Shown: positions 37,998 through 48,091 of the stretch, piece after piece | How the letters are laid out: each line of letters begins with the position of its first letter | Numbering within the stretch: the stretch's first letter is position 1 | NCBI GenBank assembly: GCA_963815545.1 | Contig: CAWFGY010000006.1 | Location: forward strand, 115,348 to 179,347 | Source: an uncultured Actinomycetota bacterium | Lineage (GTDB): Bacteria > Actinomycetota > Actinomycetes > Actinomycetales > Dermatophilaceae | Direction: 5' to 3' | DNA: 64,000 nt | The notes under the pieces: generated by a model | What the model saw: only the letters and a program-made list of their open reading frames with translations | Told to the model about the DNA's origin: nothing | The model's database searches: none | Translations under genes and position numbers: made by a program

Positions 37998-39110
37998 TCA
38001 GGCGGCCGGGTGGTCGCCCACGAGCTCGACCGAGCCGCCGTCGACGCCCTTGGCGCCGCGGACGACCTCGCCCGTGGCCCGCTCGGCGGCGTCCGCGCCG
38101 GACACCTCGCCCATGACCCAGGTGTCGATGCCGCGGGCCGCGAGGTGGGCGGTCGCGTCGTCGACGGAGCCGGCGGGGAGGACGGCCACGAAGCCGACCC
38201 CCATGTTCAGGGTGCGCTCGAGGTCCGCGCGCGGCACGCTGCCGAGAGCCCCGACCGTGGTGAACACCGGCGGGGGCGTCCACGTGGCGCGGTCGATCCG
38301 GGCGTGCACGGAGTCCGGCAGCACCCGGGCGAGGTTGGCCGCGAGCCCGCCGCCGGTGACGTGCGACAGGGCGTGCACGTCGATGCCGTCGGAGCGGACG
38401 AGGTCGAGCAGGTCGGCGGCGTAGACGCGGGTGGGCTCGAGCAGCTCCTCGCCGAGGGTGCGGCCGAACTCCTCGACGTGCCGGTCCAGGGCCCAGCCGG
38501 CGTGGGCGACGACCCGGCGCACGAGCGAGTAGCCGTTGGAGTGCAGGCCACTGGAGGCCAGCCCGAGGACGACGTCGCCGACCTCGACGCGCTGCGGGCC
38601 GAGGACGTCGTCGTGCTCGACGACGCCGGTCGCGGCGCCCGCGACGTCGTACTCGTCGGGCCCGAGCAGCCCGGGGTGCTCGGCCGTCTCGCCGCCGACG
38701 AGCGCGACGCGGGCCTGGACGCAGGCGGCGGCGATGCCCGAGACGATGGCCGCGATCCGCTCGGGGACGACCTTGCCGCAGGCGATGTAGTCGGTCATGA
38801 ACAGCGCCTCGGCGCCGCACACGACGATGTCGTCGACGACCATGCCGACGAGGTCGAAGCCGATCGTGTCGTGCCGGTCCAGCGCCTGGGCGATGGCGAC
38901 CTTGGTGCCGACCCCGTCTGTGGACGTGGCGAGGACCGGCCGCCGGTACGCCATCAGGCCGCTGGCGTCGAACATCCCGGCGAACCCACCGAGCCCGCCC
39001 AGGACCTCGGGGCGGGTGGCACGGCGCACGGAGGCCTTCATCAGCTCGACGGCCTTGTCGCCGGCTTCGACGTCGACCCCGGCCGCGGCATAGGTGATGG
39101 GCTCGCTCAC
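37998..39110 (-). CDS. purM: Phosphoribosylformylglycinamidine cyclo-ligase (AIR synthetase)
   Basis: VSEPITYAAAGVDVEAGDKAVELMK...GGLGGFAGMF...DGVGTK. GTG 39110 is preferred; an alternative ATG lies at 39143. Confidence 0.9.
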   Translation of the reverse strand: MSEPITYAAAGVDVEAGDKAVELMKASVRRATRPEVLGGLGGFAGMFDASGLMAYRRPVLATSTDGVGTKVAIAQALDRHDTIGFDLVGMVVDDIVVCGAEALFMTDYIACGKVVPERIAAIVSGIAAACVQARVALVGGETAEHPGLLGPDEYDVAGAATGVVEHDDVLGPQRVEVGDVVLGLASSGLHSNGYSLVRRVVAHAGWALDRHVEEFGRTLGEELLEPTRVYAADLLDLVRSDGIDVHALSHVTGGGLAANLARVLPDSVHARIDRATWTPPPVFTTVGALGSVPRADLERTLNMGVGFVAVLPAGSVDDATAHLAARGIDTWVMGEVSGADAAERATGEVVRGAKGVDGGSVELVGDHPAA

Positions 39111-39165
39111 GCCCGGCAGCCTACCGAGGGCGGCCTGCGGCACCGACGGGCGTCCGGCCGACCGG

Positions 39166-39289
39166 CCGTGACCTATTGGTCGATGTGGGGACGGGCCGAG
39201 GGGTGGAGGCGTACCTGGCGTGACCTATTGGTCGATGTGGGGACGGGTGGAGGCGTACCTGACGTGACCTATTGGTCGATGTGGGGACG
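39166..39289. repeat. Family A repeats, locus 3 (three forward units)
   Basis: CGTGACCTATTGGTCGATGTGGGGACG occurs three times with 44-48 bp spacing, between the pntB stop and the purM start. Confidence 0.9.
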
Positions 39290-39311
39290 AGCTGGTGGAT
39301 GAGGCTCTGGC

Positions 39312-40712
39312 TCAGAGGGCCTTGAGGATGTCCTCTACCCGCTCCTTGGCATCGCCGAAGAGCATCTGGGTGTTCTCGCGGAAGAACAGCGGGTTCTGCA
39401 CGCCGGCGTACCCGGTGGCCATCGACCGCTTGAAGACGATGACGTCGTTGGCCTCCCACACTCGCAGCACCGGCATGCCGGCGATCGGCGAGGACGGGTC
39501 CTCGGCTGCGGACGGGTTGACGGTGTCGTTGGCCCCGATGACGAGGACGACGTCGGTGTCGGCGAGGTCGTCGTTCACCTCGTCCATCTCGAGGACGATG
39601 TCGTAGGGCACCTTCGCCTCGGCGAGGAGGACGTTCATGTGGCCCGGCAGCCGCCCCGCGACCGGGTGGATGCCGAACCGGACGTCGACCCCCCGCTCGC
39701 GCAGCGTGCTGGTCAGCGACGCGACGGGGTACTGCGCCTGCGCCACCGCCATGCCGTAGCCGGGGGTGATGAGCACCGAGGAGGCGCCCGCGAGCAGCTC
39801 GGCGACGCCCGTGGCGGTGATCTCGCGGTGGTCCCCGTAGTCGGCGTCCGCGGCGGCGGTGCCGCCCTCGACCCCGAAGCCCCCGGCGATGACCGAGATG
39901 AAGGACCGGTTCATCGCCCGGCACATGATGTAGCTGAGGTAGGCACCCGAGGAGCCGACGAGCGCACCGGTGATGATGAGCAGGTCGTTGCTGAGGAGGA
40001 ACCCGGCCGCGGCCGCCGCCCAGCCCGAGTAGCTGTTGAGCATCGAGACGACGACCGGCATGTCGCCGCCGCCGATCGAGGCGACGAGGTGCCACCCGAG
40101 CGCCAACGCGAGGATCGTGACGACCCCCAGCAGCAGGTGCCGCACGAAGACGGAGGACTCCGGCACGGCGAGGTAGACCGCGGTGAGCACGACGAACAGG
40201 GCCAGCGCCCCCAGGTTGAGCCAGTTCCGGAACGGCAGCATGAGCGGCCGCGACGGGATGCGCGCCGACAGCTTGAGGAAGGCGACGATGGAGCCGGTGA
40301 AGGTGACCGCTCCGATGAAGACGCCGACGAACACCTCGATGTCGTGGATCGTCGGGTACGGGGTCTGCTCGTACGAGCTGTTCCAGCCGACGAGCACGGC
40401 TGCGAGCCCGACGAAGCTGTGCAGCAGCGCGATGAGCTCGGGCATCCCGGTCATCTCGACCTTGCGGGCCCGGTCGAGGCCGATGACGGCGCCGATCCCC
40501 ATCGCGGCGACGATGAGCAGGAACCCGAGCCCACCGGACCCGTCCTCCCCTGCGGTCGCCGCGAGGACGGTGGCGACGAGCGCCAGGGCCATCCCGGCGA
40601 TGCCGTAGCGGTTGCCGGACCGGGCGGTCTCGTGCCGCGAGAGCCCGGCCAGGGCCAGGATGAAGAGGAGTCCGGCGACGATGTAGGCGCCCTGGACGAG
40701 GGTGGCGCTCAT
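39312..40712 (-). CDS. pntB: NAD(P) transhydrogenase subunit beta
   Basis: 466 aa from [21 protein letters not shown]. The C-terminal dIII domain has [11 protein letters not shown]...[18 protein letters not shown]...[10 protein letters not shown]. Confidence 0.92.
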   Translation of the reverse strand: MSATLVQGAYIVAGLLFILALAGLSRHETARSGNRYGIAGMALALVATVLAATAGEDGSGGLGFLLIVAAMGIGAVIGLDRARKVEMTGMPELIALLHSFVGLAAVLVGWNSSYEQTPYPTIHDIEVFVGVFIGAVTFTGSIVAFLKLSARIPSRPLMLPFRNWLNLGALALFVVLTAVYLAVPESSVFVRHLLLGVVTILALALGWHLVASIGGGDMPVVVSMLNSYSGWAAAAAGFLLSNDLLIITGALVGSSGAYLSYIMCRAMNRSFISVIAGGFGVEGGTAAADADYGDHREITATGVAELLAGASSVLITPGYGMAVAQAQYPVASLTSTLRERGVDVRFGIHPVAGRLPGHMNVLLAEAKVPYDIVLEMDEVNDDLADTDVVLVIGANDTVNPSAAEDPSSPIAGMPVLRVWEANDVIVFKRSMATGYAGVQNPLFFRENTQMLFGDAKERVEDILKAL

Positions 40713-42256
40713 CGGGTGGCCCCCTCGCGGCTGAACATGCCGAGCATTCGCGCCGTCACCCGGAACCCGCCGAAGACGTTGATGCTCGCGACGAGGATCC
40801 CGACGAAGGCGAGGACCGAGACCCACACGCTGTCGTGCCCCACCTGCAGCAGGGCGCCGACGACGATGATGCCGCTGATCGCGTTGGTCACCGACATCAG
40901 CGGGGTGTGCAGCGCGTGGTGGACGTTGCGGATGACGTAGAACCCGATGACGACCGAGAGCACGAAGACGAGGAAGTGACCGAGGAAGGGCGCGGGCGCG
41001 AACGTCGAGACGAGGAGGAACAGGGCGGCGGCGCCGGCCGCGATGGTGAGCTTCGAGGTCGAGGACATCGGCTGCTTCGCCGCGGGGGCCGGGGCCGGGG
41101 GTGCGACATCCGTGCCCGGCGTGGGGGCCGCCGAGACCTGGACCGCCGGGGGCGGCCAGAGCACCTCGCCGTCGCGCACGACGGTCATGCCCCGCTGCAC
41201 GACGTCGTCGAGGTCGAGGTGCGCCTCGCCGTCCTTGTCGGGGGTCAGGAGCTTGAGGAGGTTGACGAGGTTGGTCCCGAAGAGCTGCGAGGCCTGGGTG
41301 GGCAGGCGGCCGGGGAGGTCGGTGTAGCCGAGGATGGTCACGCCGTTGTCGGTGACGACCTTCTGCCCGGCGACGGTGCCCGCCACGTTGCCGCCGTTGG
41401 CGGCGGCCATGTCGACGACGACCGAGCCCGGCTTCATCGAGGCGACCATCTCCTCGGTGAACAGACGCGGAGCCGGACGCCCCGGGATGAGCGCGGTCGT
41501 GATGACGATGTCGACGTCTCGCGCCTGCTCGGCGTACAGCGCGGCGGCCTTGGCGTCGAAGTCCTCGCTCGTCTCCCTGGCGTAGCCGTCGGCGGACGGG
41601 CCGTCGTCGGCGACGTCGATGCGCAGGAAGTCGGCCCCCATCGACTCGACCTGCTCGGCGACCTCGGGACGGGCGTCGAAGGCCCGCACGACGGCCCCCA
41701 GGCTGCTCGCCGTGCCGATGGCAGCCAGCCCCGCGACGCCCGCGCCGACGACCAGGACCTTCGCGGGTGGCACCTTGCCGGCCGCGGTGACCTGGCCGGT
41801 GAAGAACGACCCGAACTCGTGGGCCGCCTCGACGACGGCTCGGTACCCGCCGATGTTCGCCATCGACGACAGCACGTCGAGCGACTGGGCGCGCGAGATG
41901 CGGGGAACGGCGTCCATCGCCAGCGCCGTGACACCCCGGGCTGCGAGCTTCTCGACGAGCGCGGGCTCGAGGGCGGGCGACAGCAGCGAGGCGAGGATCT
42001 GTCCGTGCCGCAGCAGGGCGATCTCCGCGTCGCTGGGGGCGTTGACCTTGAGGACGACGTCGGCGTTCCACACCGCGTCGTCGATGACGTCGGCCCCCGC
42101 GGTGCGGTAGGAGTCATCGTCGAAGCTCGCGGCGCGGCCGGCGCCCCGCTGGACGAAGACGGTGTACCCGAGCCCGACCAGCTGCTCGACGGTCTTCGGG
42201 GTCGCGGCGACCCGCGTCTCGCCGGGCCGGGACTCGCGGGGGACGCCGATGCGCAC
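40709..42256 (-). CDS. pntA: NAD(P) transhydrogenase subunit alpha (fused dI plus membrane dII-alpha)
   Basis: ORF 515 aa with [20 protein letters not shown]...[25 protein letters not shown]...[15 protein letters not shown] 4-nt overlap with pntB. Confidence 0.92.
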   Translation of the reverse strand: MRIGVPRESRPGETRVAATPKTVEQLVGLGYTVFVQRGAGRAASFDDDSYRTAGADVIDDAVWNADVVLKVNAPSDAEIALLRHGQILASLLSPALEPALVEKLAARGVTALAMDAVPRISRAQSLDVLSSMANIGGYRAVVEAAHEFGSFFTGQVTAAGKVPPAKVLVVGAGVAGLAAIGTASSLGAVVRAFDARPEVAEQVESMGADFLRIDVADDGPSADGYARETSEDFDAKAAALYAEQARDVDIVITTALIPGRPAPRLFTEEMVASMKPGSVVVDMAAANGGNVAGTVAGQKVVTDNGVTILGYTDLPGRLPTQASQLFGTNLVNLLKLLTPDKDGEAHLDLDDVVQRGMTVVRDGEVLWPPPAVQVSAAPTPGTDVAPPAPAPAAKQPMSSTSKLTIAAGAAALFLLVSTFAPAPFLGHFLVFVLSVVIGFYVIRNVHHALHTPLMSVTNAISGIIVVGALLQVGHDSVWVSVLAFVGILVASINVFGGFRVTARMLGMFSREGATR

Positions 42257-42403
42257 AGTGCTTCCTCTCCGGAGGGGACGGTCGGGTCGAACCTAGCGGG
42301 TCAGGCCCGGCTCGGCACGACAGGTCTCACGCGCGCCGCGGCGGCGTCCCGGAGCCCGGCCCGGGGCGACGCCCAGGCCGGTGGGCGTGGCCGGTGGACG
42401 GCG

Positions 42404-44131
42404 TCAGCCCTCGGAGCGGCGGAACCCGCTGCGCTCGGCCGCGCCGGCGTCGTAGAACCACACATCGGCTCCGGCCTCGTCGTAACCGGGGTCCCCGGGG
42501 ACGCGGTAGGTCATCGTGTCGCGGTACGCCTGGACGGGGTGGTCCAGGGGCTGGGCGCCGTCGTCGATCGGGGCGGCCGAGCCCATCCCGAAGCCGCCGT
42601 CGCGGATCTCGTGGAACTCCGAGACCCGGCGGGCGGGGCGGTCCTCGGCGGCTGCGGGGCTCTCCGCGGCCGGAGCATCCTGCTCGGTGGCGTCCGCGTC
42701 CGAGTCCACCTCGACGGCGGCGTCCTGCTCGGCGGCGTCCGCGTCCGAGTCCACCTCGACGGCGGCGTCCTGCTCGGCGGCGTCCGCGTCGACCGAGGCC
42801 GCCGCGGGCTCCTCCACGGACGGCTCGGGCTCGCTCTCGGGCTCGCTCTCGGGCTCGGGCTCGTCCTCGTGCGGGGTGTCCATGCCGGCCGCGGCTGCTT
42901 CCCGCTCCATGTCGGCGCGGTCCTCGGCCAGGCGCTCGGCACGCTCCTCGTTCTCGGCGAGGAGGGTGCCCTCGTCGGCGGCCCAGTCCCGCTCCGGCGT
43001 CGGGTCGTAGCGGTCGTCCGTGGCCTCGCTCGCCACGTCGTCCCGGGCCTCCGGGGCTGCGGTCTCGCCGCCGTCAGCGACCGCCGGCTCGTCCTCGACG
43101 GTCTCGTCGTGCGGCCCGCCCCACTCGTTCGTCGGGGTCTGGGCGTCGGTCGCCGGGTCGACCGCGTCGTCGTCGAGGTCGGGCGTCGCGCCGTCGGCCA
43201 CCAGCGGCTCGGACGCAGCGTCCGAGCCGGTGCCGGTCCCTGTGCCGGTGTCGTGGGAGTCGGAGCCGGTGTCGTCCCGGAAGTCCGTGGCGGCCGCGAT
43301 CCGGGCGCTGCGCTCGTCCGCCGGGGCATCGGCGTCGTCCGCAGGGGCCTGGCTCCCGGACTCCTCGGCAGCGCCCCAGCCGGACACCTGCTCCTCGGGG
43401 GCGGTGTCCGCGGCCGTCGGCTCCTCCCAGGTGTCGCGCGCCGGGCCCTCGGCCTCGGCGACCTCGCCGGCTCCGGCCTCCTCGACAGGCTGCTGCCCGA
43501 GGCTCGCGGCCTCGTCCTCGCGCTCGGCCTCGTGCTCGCGCTCGTCCTCGTGGGCCGCCCACGTGTCGGCCCCCATGACGGCGGCACCTGCGGCACCCGG
43601 GATCGGGGCCGCCGGGCTGCCCGCCCACGCGGCCCGCTCGGCCTCCTCGCGCTGCTGGCGTGCCTCGGCCCGCGTCAGCGGCGTCGAACCGTCGGCGGCG
43701 ACGTCCGCGTCAGCATCGGCGCCCGCAGGGGCCGCGTCGCTCGATTCCGGCTGGGCCGACTGCGCGGTCGACGCGTCGGAGGCCCGGACGTCGGGGTCCA
43801 CCTCGTCGGCGCGCGCGAGCATCGCCTCGTAGTCGCGCCGGGTGACCTCGGCCTCGGTGCGGTGCTGGTCGGCCTCCACGATGAGTCGGTCGGCCTCCCG
43901 GGCGGCCTGCTCGGCCTCGGCCCGGGCGAGGTCGGCTCGCTCCTCCGACTGGGCCGCGTAGGTCTCGAGCCCGGCCACGGACGCCGCCACCTGCTCCGCC
44001 TCCGCGCGGACCTCGGCCGCCTCGGCGCGCGCCAGGTCCTTCTTGGCCGAGGAGCGGCGCACGAGCAGCCAGACGAGGAGGAGGGCACCAACGATGACGA
44101 GGAGAAGGATGAGCAGCTGGTTGGTCGGCAT
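42404..44131 (-). CDS. Membrane-anchored, coiled-coil plus extremely acidic low-complexity protein with a conserved C-terminal module
   Basis: From MPTNQLLILLLVIVGALLLVWLL, with AGGAAG SD. About 400 aa are D/E/A-rich. The C-terminus is HPVQAYRDTMTYRVPGDPGYDEAGADVWFYDAGAAERSGFRRSEG. Confidence 0.65.
   Translation of the reverse strand: MPTNQLLILLLVIVGALLLVWLLVRRSSAKKDLARAEAAEVRAEAEQVAASVAGLETYAAQSEERADLARAEAEQAAREADRLIVEADQHRTEAEVTRRDYEAMLARADEVDPDVRASDASTAQSAQPESSDAAPAGADADADVAADGSTPLTRAEARQQREEAERAAWAGSPAAPIPGAAGAAVMGADTWAAHEDEREHEAEREDEAASLGQQPVEEAGAGEVAEAEGPARDTWEEPTAADTAPEEQVSGWGAAEESGSQAPADDADAPADERSARIAAATDFRDDTGSDSHDTGTGTGTGSDAASEPLVADGATPDLDDDAVDPATDAQTPTNEWGGPHDETVEDEPAVADGGETAAPEARDDVASEATDDRYDPTPERDWAADEGTLLAENEERAERLAEDRADMEREAAAAGMDTPHEDEPEPESEPESEPEPSVEEPAAASVDADAAEQDAAVEVDSDADAAEQDAAVEVDSDADATEQDAPAAESPAAAEDRPARRVSEFHEIRDGGFGMGSAAPIDDGAQPLDHPVQAYRDTMTYRVPGDPGYDEAGADVWFYDAGAAERSGFRRSEG
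42677..42795 (-). repeat. 45-bp in-frame tandem repeat (2.6 copies) inside the acidic protein gene
   Basis: TCCTGCTCGG recurs at 42677, 42722 and 42767. The repeat encodes AAEQDAAVEVDSDAD units. Confidence 0.9.
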
Positions 44132-44262
44132 GGGGTCTTCCTGTCGTCGGGTCACCGGCGGATGCCGTCGGCGGAGAACCTACCCCCGGCAGCGAGGTGG
44201 AGACGGTACCGCTCACCGAGGCGCTCAGGGCGTCTCCGTACGGCCAACGTAGAGCGTCCGCG

Positions 44263-44288
44263 CCGTCCGGCGCCACTGCCCCGGACGG
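44263..44288 (-). terminator. Hairpin after the acyl-CoA ligase stop
   Basis: CCGTCCGG-10 nt-CCGGACGG, 12 nt downstream of the stop at 44300. Confidence 0.4.
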
Positions 44289-44299
44289 GTCGCTGCTGG

Positions 44300-45928
44300 T
44301 CAGAGGCCGAGCGCTGCGATCGTCGACTCGCGCATCTCGACCTTGCGGACCTTGCCGGTCACGGTCATCGGGAACTCCTCGACCACCGTGACGTACCGGG
44401 GGATCTTGTAGTGCGCGAGCCTGCCGGTGCAGAACTCCCGCACCTGCTCGGCGGTCAGCGGCGCAGCGCCCTCACGCATCCGGACCCAGGCGCACAGCTC
44501 CTCGCCGTACCTCGCGTCCGGGACGCCGATGACCTGCACGTCCTGGATGTCGGGGTGGGTGTAGAGGAACTCCTCGATCTCGCGGGGGTACACGTTCTCG
44601 CCACCCCGGATGACCATGTCCTTGATCCGGCCGGTGATCTGGACGAAGCCGTCGTCGTCCATGACCGCGATGTCGCCGGTGTGCATCCACCCGTCGACGA
44701 GGACCTCGGCGGTCCTGTCGGGCTCCTCCCAGTACCCGAGCATCACCGAGTACCCCTTCGTGCAGAACTCACCCGGCGTGCCGCGCGGCACGGTCTCGCC
44801 GGTCAGCGGGTCGACGACCTTGACCTCGAGGTGCGGGTGCACCGACCCGACCGTCTGCACCTTCTGCTCGAAGGTGTCGTCGGTGCGGTTCTGCGTCGAC
44901 ACCGGCGAGGTCTCGGTCATGCCGTAGCAGATCGTCATCTCCTCGATCCCGGCCTCGATGAGCTTCGTCATCATCGAGGCGGGGCAGGGCGAGCCGGCCA
45001 TGATCCCGGTCCGGACCGAGGACAGGTCGTAGGAGTCGAGGTCGGGCAGGTTCCACTCGGCGATGAACATCGTCGGCACGCCGTAGAGCGAGGTGCAGCG
45101 CTCCTCGCTGACCGCGGCGAGCGTGGCAGCCGGGTCGAACCCGGGCGCCGGGATCACCATGCACGCGCCGTGCGAGACGGCCGCGAGGTTGCCCATGACC
45201 ATCCCGAAGCAGTGGTAGAAGGGCACCGGGATGCAGATCCGGTCCGCCTCGGTGTAGCCGCACACCTCCCCGACGAGGTAGCCGTTGTTGAGGATGTTGT
45301 GGTGCGAGAGGGTGGCGCCCTTCGGGAACCCCGTGGTGCCCGAGGTGTACTGGATGTTGATCGGATCGGTCGGCGCCAGCTCGTGCTGGATCATCGTCAG
45401 CCGTTCGGGGCTCACCTCGTCGGCGCGGGCAAGCAGCGCATCCCACGACTGCTGCCCGATGACGATGACCTGCTCGAGCGTGGGGCACTCCGGGCGGGCC
45501 TCCTCGACCATCGCCACGTAGTCGGAGGTCTTGAAGGCGGGGGCGGCGACGAGGCAGCGGATGCCGGCCTGGTTGAGCACGTAGGTCAGCTCGTGGGTGC
45601 GGTACGCGGGGTTGATCGTGACGAGGATCGCCCCGATCTTCGCCGTCGCGAACTGGGTGAGCGTCCACTCCGCGCAGTTGGGCGCCCAGATGCCGACCCG
45701 GTCACCCGTCTCGAGCCCCGCCGCGACGAAGGCCCGGGCCAGGCGGTCGACCTGCTCCCCGAGCTCGGCGTAGGTGAGGCGCACGTCCTGCGCCCGGTCG
45801 ACGAGTGCGTCCCGGCCGGGGTACCGCTCGACGGCGGCGTCGAGGTTGTCGCCGATGGTCTGCTCGAGCAGCGGCGGGTCGAGCGGGCCCACGGCGTGCG
45901 AGAGCGTGGGGTCGGTCGGAGTGGTCAT
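44300..45928 (-). CDS. AMP-binding acyl-CoA synthetase/ligase (FadD-like)
   Basis: ORF 542 aa with IQYTSGTTGFPKGATLSH, YGMTETSP, TGDIAVMDDDGF and GKVRK. Confidence 0.88.
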   Translation of the reverse strand: MTTPTDPTLSHAVGPLDPPLLEQTIGDNLDAAVERYPGRDALVDRAQDVRLTYAELGEQVDRLARAFVAAGLETGDRVGIWAPNCAEWTLTQFATAKIGAILVTINPAYRTHELTYVLNQAGIRCLVAAPAFKTSDYVAMVEEARPECPTLEQVIVIGQQSWDALLARADEVSPERLTMIQHELAPTDPINIQYTSGTTGFPKGATLSHHNILNNGYLVGEVCGYTEADRICIPVPFYHCFGMVMGNLAAVSHGACMVIPAPGFDPAATLAAVSEERCTSLYGVPTMFIAEWNLPDLDSYDLSSVRTGIMAGSPCPASMMTKLIEAGIEEMTICYGMTETSPVSTQNRTDDTFEQKVQTVGSVHPHLEVKVVDPLTGETVPRGTPGEFCTKGYSVMLGYWEEPDRTAEVLVDGWMHTGDIAVMDDDGFVQITGRIKDMVIRGGENVYPREIEEFLYTHPDIQDVQVIGVPDARYGEELCAWVRMREGAAPLTAEQVREFCTGRLAHYKIPRYVTVVEEFPMTVTGKVRKVEMRESTIAALGL

Positions 45929-46030
45929 CGTCGTCCTTCCGGCGGGGTGCCTGAGGGTTCAGCCAACACGCCGCCGACCCGCGCGGCAACCGGGTCGGGC
46001 GCGCGGCGCGCGGGGCGGGATGATGGGGGC

Positions 46031-46675
46031 GTGGCAGCGCGACGACGGTTCCGTGGACGGATCGCCGGGGTCGGCTCGACGTCCGGGGTGCGGGTCGTGC
46101 TGGGCTGGTGGCACGAGTCCCCGTTCGGCGGTTTCGCCGACGCGATGGTCGAGCGGGCGGACGGGCACCGGGTGCTGCTGGCACCGACGGCCGAGGTCGC
46201 CGACCTGGTGTCGACCACGTACACCTTCGACGAGGTGCGGATCGAGGCGGTCGAGGTGGCCGCGGCGCCCGCTGAGGACGGCGGATGGGCTCGCTCGTGG
46301 GTGGTGTCGACGCCGTCGCTCTCGCTGCGGGTCGAGGTCGGTGCGCGGACCGCCCTGGGCCACGTGCTGCGCCTCGTCCCGGCACCGGTGGCGACGAGCC
46401 CGGCGTTCGCGACGCTCGCGGACCCCGTCGCGCGCCTGGTCCTGCGCGGGGTGCGGACCCGTGGCGTCGCCCAGGCCGGGCGCCGCGAGTACTACGGGGC
46501 GACGGACATGCGGGCGGTCACCTCGATGACGGGCACCTTCGACGGGACGGACCTCGGCCACCTGGCGCCGGTGGACCCGCCGTGCCGGTTCGGCTTCTCG
46601 TCCACTCCGCGCCGCCCCGCGGTGACGAGCGTGACGACGACGATCGTCGACGTGGGGCCGGGTCGGTCGAGGTGA
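46031..46675 (+). CDS. Hypothetical protein
   Basis: This is the only protein-like frame here (VVLGWWHESPFGGFADAMVER...REYYGATDMRAVTSMTGTFDG). The GTG start is a guess and I recognise no family. Confidence 0.45.
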   Translation: MAARRRFRGRIAGVGSTSGVRVVLGWWHESPFGGFADAMVERADGHRVLLAPTAEVADLVSTTYTFDEVRIEAVEVAAAPAEDGGWARSWVVSTPSLSLRVEVGARTALGHVLRLVPAPVATSPAFATLADPVARLVLRGVRTRGVAQAGRREYYGATDMRAVTSMTGTFDGTDLGHLAPVDPPCRFGFSSTPRRPAVTSVTTTIVDVGPGRSR

Positions 46676-46717
46676 GGTGACACGCCGGCACACGCCGGCG
46701 CCGGTCCGCGTGTCACC
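46676..46717. terminator. 10-bp stem hairpin between convergent genes
   Basis: GGTGACACGC-22 nt (itself GC-paired)-GCGTGTCACC. Confidence 0.45.
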
Positions 46718-46748
46718 TCATCTCGACCCGAGACCGGGCCGGTGGTCG

Positions 46749-48014
46749 TCAGGCGCGCGGGGTGATCCGCAGCAGCTTGTCGTCCTCGCCGTTCGTCGTC
46801 GTCACGTACAGCGCGCCGTCCGGGCCGATCCGCGCCGCACGCAGCCGCCCGTAGGGGCCGTTCGTCTCCTCGGGCACCGACACCTCGGCGACCCCGCCGT
46901 CGTCGTCGAGGGTGAGGACGAGCAGCTTGGCGCCCTTGAGCGCCGTCACGACGAGCGCGCCGTCCAGCGCCCCCCACTGCTCGCCCTCGAGGAACTCCGC
47001 AGCGCAGACCGCCTGGGTCGTCCGTCCCGACTGCCAGACGGCCTGCACGGCGTCGGGGTACCGGTCGGTGTCGGTCATCGGGACCCCCTCGTCGTAGCCG
47101 CCGACGGTGCCGCCCTGGGCCGGGTCCCACCCGTAGTTCGCCCCCGCCTCGATGAGGTTGACCTCGTCGTTGTTCGACGGCCCGTGCTCCGCCGTGTAGA
47201 CGCGGCCCGTCCCGGGCTGGAGAGCGACGCCCTGGATGTTGCGGTGCCCGTAGCTCAGGACGTAACGCTCGTCGGGGTCGTCGCTGTCGGCGAACGGGTT
47301 GTCGGGCATCGGGTCCCCGGTGCGCAGGTCGAGCCGCAGGGTCTTCCCGCCGAGGCTGGTGCGGTCCTGCGGGATGGACCCGACGGCGGTGTCCCCGGTG
47401 CCGACGACGAGGGCGCCCCCGGCGTCGATCTCGGGGCGGCAGCCGGAGTGCCTCCCGGTCGAGAGCGGCAGGCCGTCGAGCAGGGTCCGGACCCGCTCGG
47501 CCGACGCCGCGTTGCCGGCGAGCCGCCACGTGACGAGCCGGATGTCGACCGGTGCGCCGCCCTCCTGGTGGGTCTGACACGTCGTGAACTCGCGCGAGGA
47601 CTCGAAGTCGGGGTGGACGACCATGCCGAGCAGCCCGCCCTCGCCCCGGACGTAGACGTCGTCCAGGTCGACGTCCAGGCGGGCGACGTCGGCGCCCTCG
47701 CGCAGGGACGACACGAGCGAGATCCGGGCCGGCCGCTCGGTGACGAGTGCCGAGCCGTCCGGGAGGAAGCCGATGTCCCAGCCGTGCTCGAACTGGTCGG
47801 CGACCACCTCGACGTCGAGCGCCGGCACCACGGTGCTGCGCGGCGCTGGGCTCGGGGAGGCGGCGGCGGTGCTCGTGCCGGTCGACGGCCGGGCCGGCAC
47901 CTCGCCGAAGCCGTCGTCGTCCGCGGACGAGCAGGCGGCGGTCAGGACGAGCGCGAGCCCCGCGAGCGCGGCGGACGCGCGAGCGGGGGCGTGGTCGGAT
48001 CGCGCGGGTCGCAT
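46749..48014 (-). CDS. PQQ-dependent sugar dehydrogenase lipoprotein (soluble aldose/sorbosone dehydrogenase-like)
   Basis: ORF 421 aa with lipobox LVLTAAC. Contains GWDIGFLPDGSALVTER, GEGGLLGMVVHPDF, SYGHRNIQGVA and GANYGWD. Confidence 0.8.
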   Translation of the reverse strand: MRPARSDHAPARASAALAGLALVLTAACSSADDDGFGEVPARPSTGTSTAAASPSPAPRSTVVPALDVEVVADQFEHGWDIGFLPDGSALVTERPARISLVSSLREGADVARLDVDLDDVYVRGEGGLLGMVVHPDFESSREFTTCQTHQEGGAPVDIRLVTWRLAGNAASAERVRTLLDGLPLSTGRHSGCRPEIDAGGALVVGTGDTAVGSIPQDRTSLGGKTLRLDLRTGDPMPDNPFADSDDPDERYVLSYGHRNIQGVALQPGTGRVYTAEHGPSNNDEVNLIEAGANYGWDPAQGGTVGGYDEGVPMTDTDRYPDAVQAVWQSGRTTQAVCAAEFLEGEQWGALDGALVVTALKGAKLLVLTLDDDGGVAEVSVPEETNGPYGRLRAARIGPDGALYVTTTNGEDDKLLRITPRA

Positions 48015-48091
48015 ACCCGAGTCTCACATCCCGGCCCGCTGCCCGGCACCCCTGCACGTCGGTGGGTGGGCCCCCTGTCGAGGGCGGGGCG

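Noticed and set aside
40835-46675. Giant 1946-aa plus-strand ORF spanning 5.8 kb
   Set aside because: It runs antisense to pntA, the acidic protein gene and the acyl-CoA ligase gene, all of which have strong family signatures. Its translation is Arg/Gly/Asp/His-rich low complexity, typical of stop-free shadow frames in high-GC DNA. Only its last 215 codons (46031-46675), where no opposite-strand gene exists, look protein-like.
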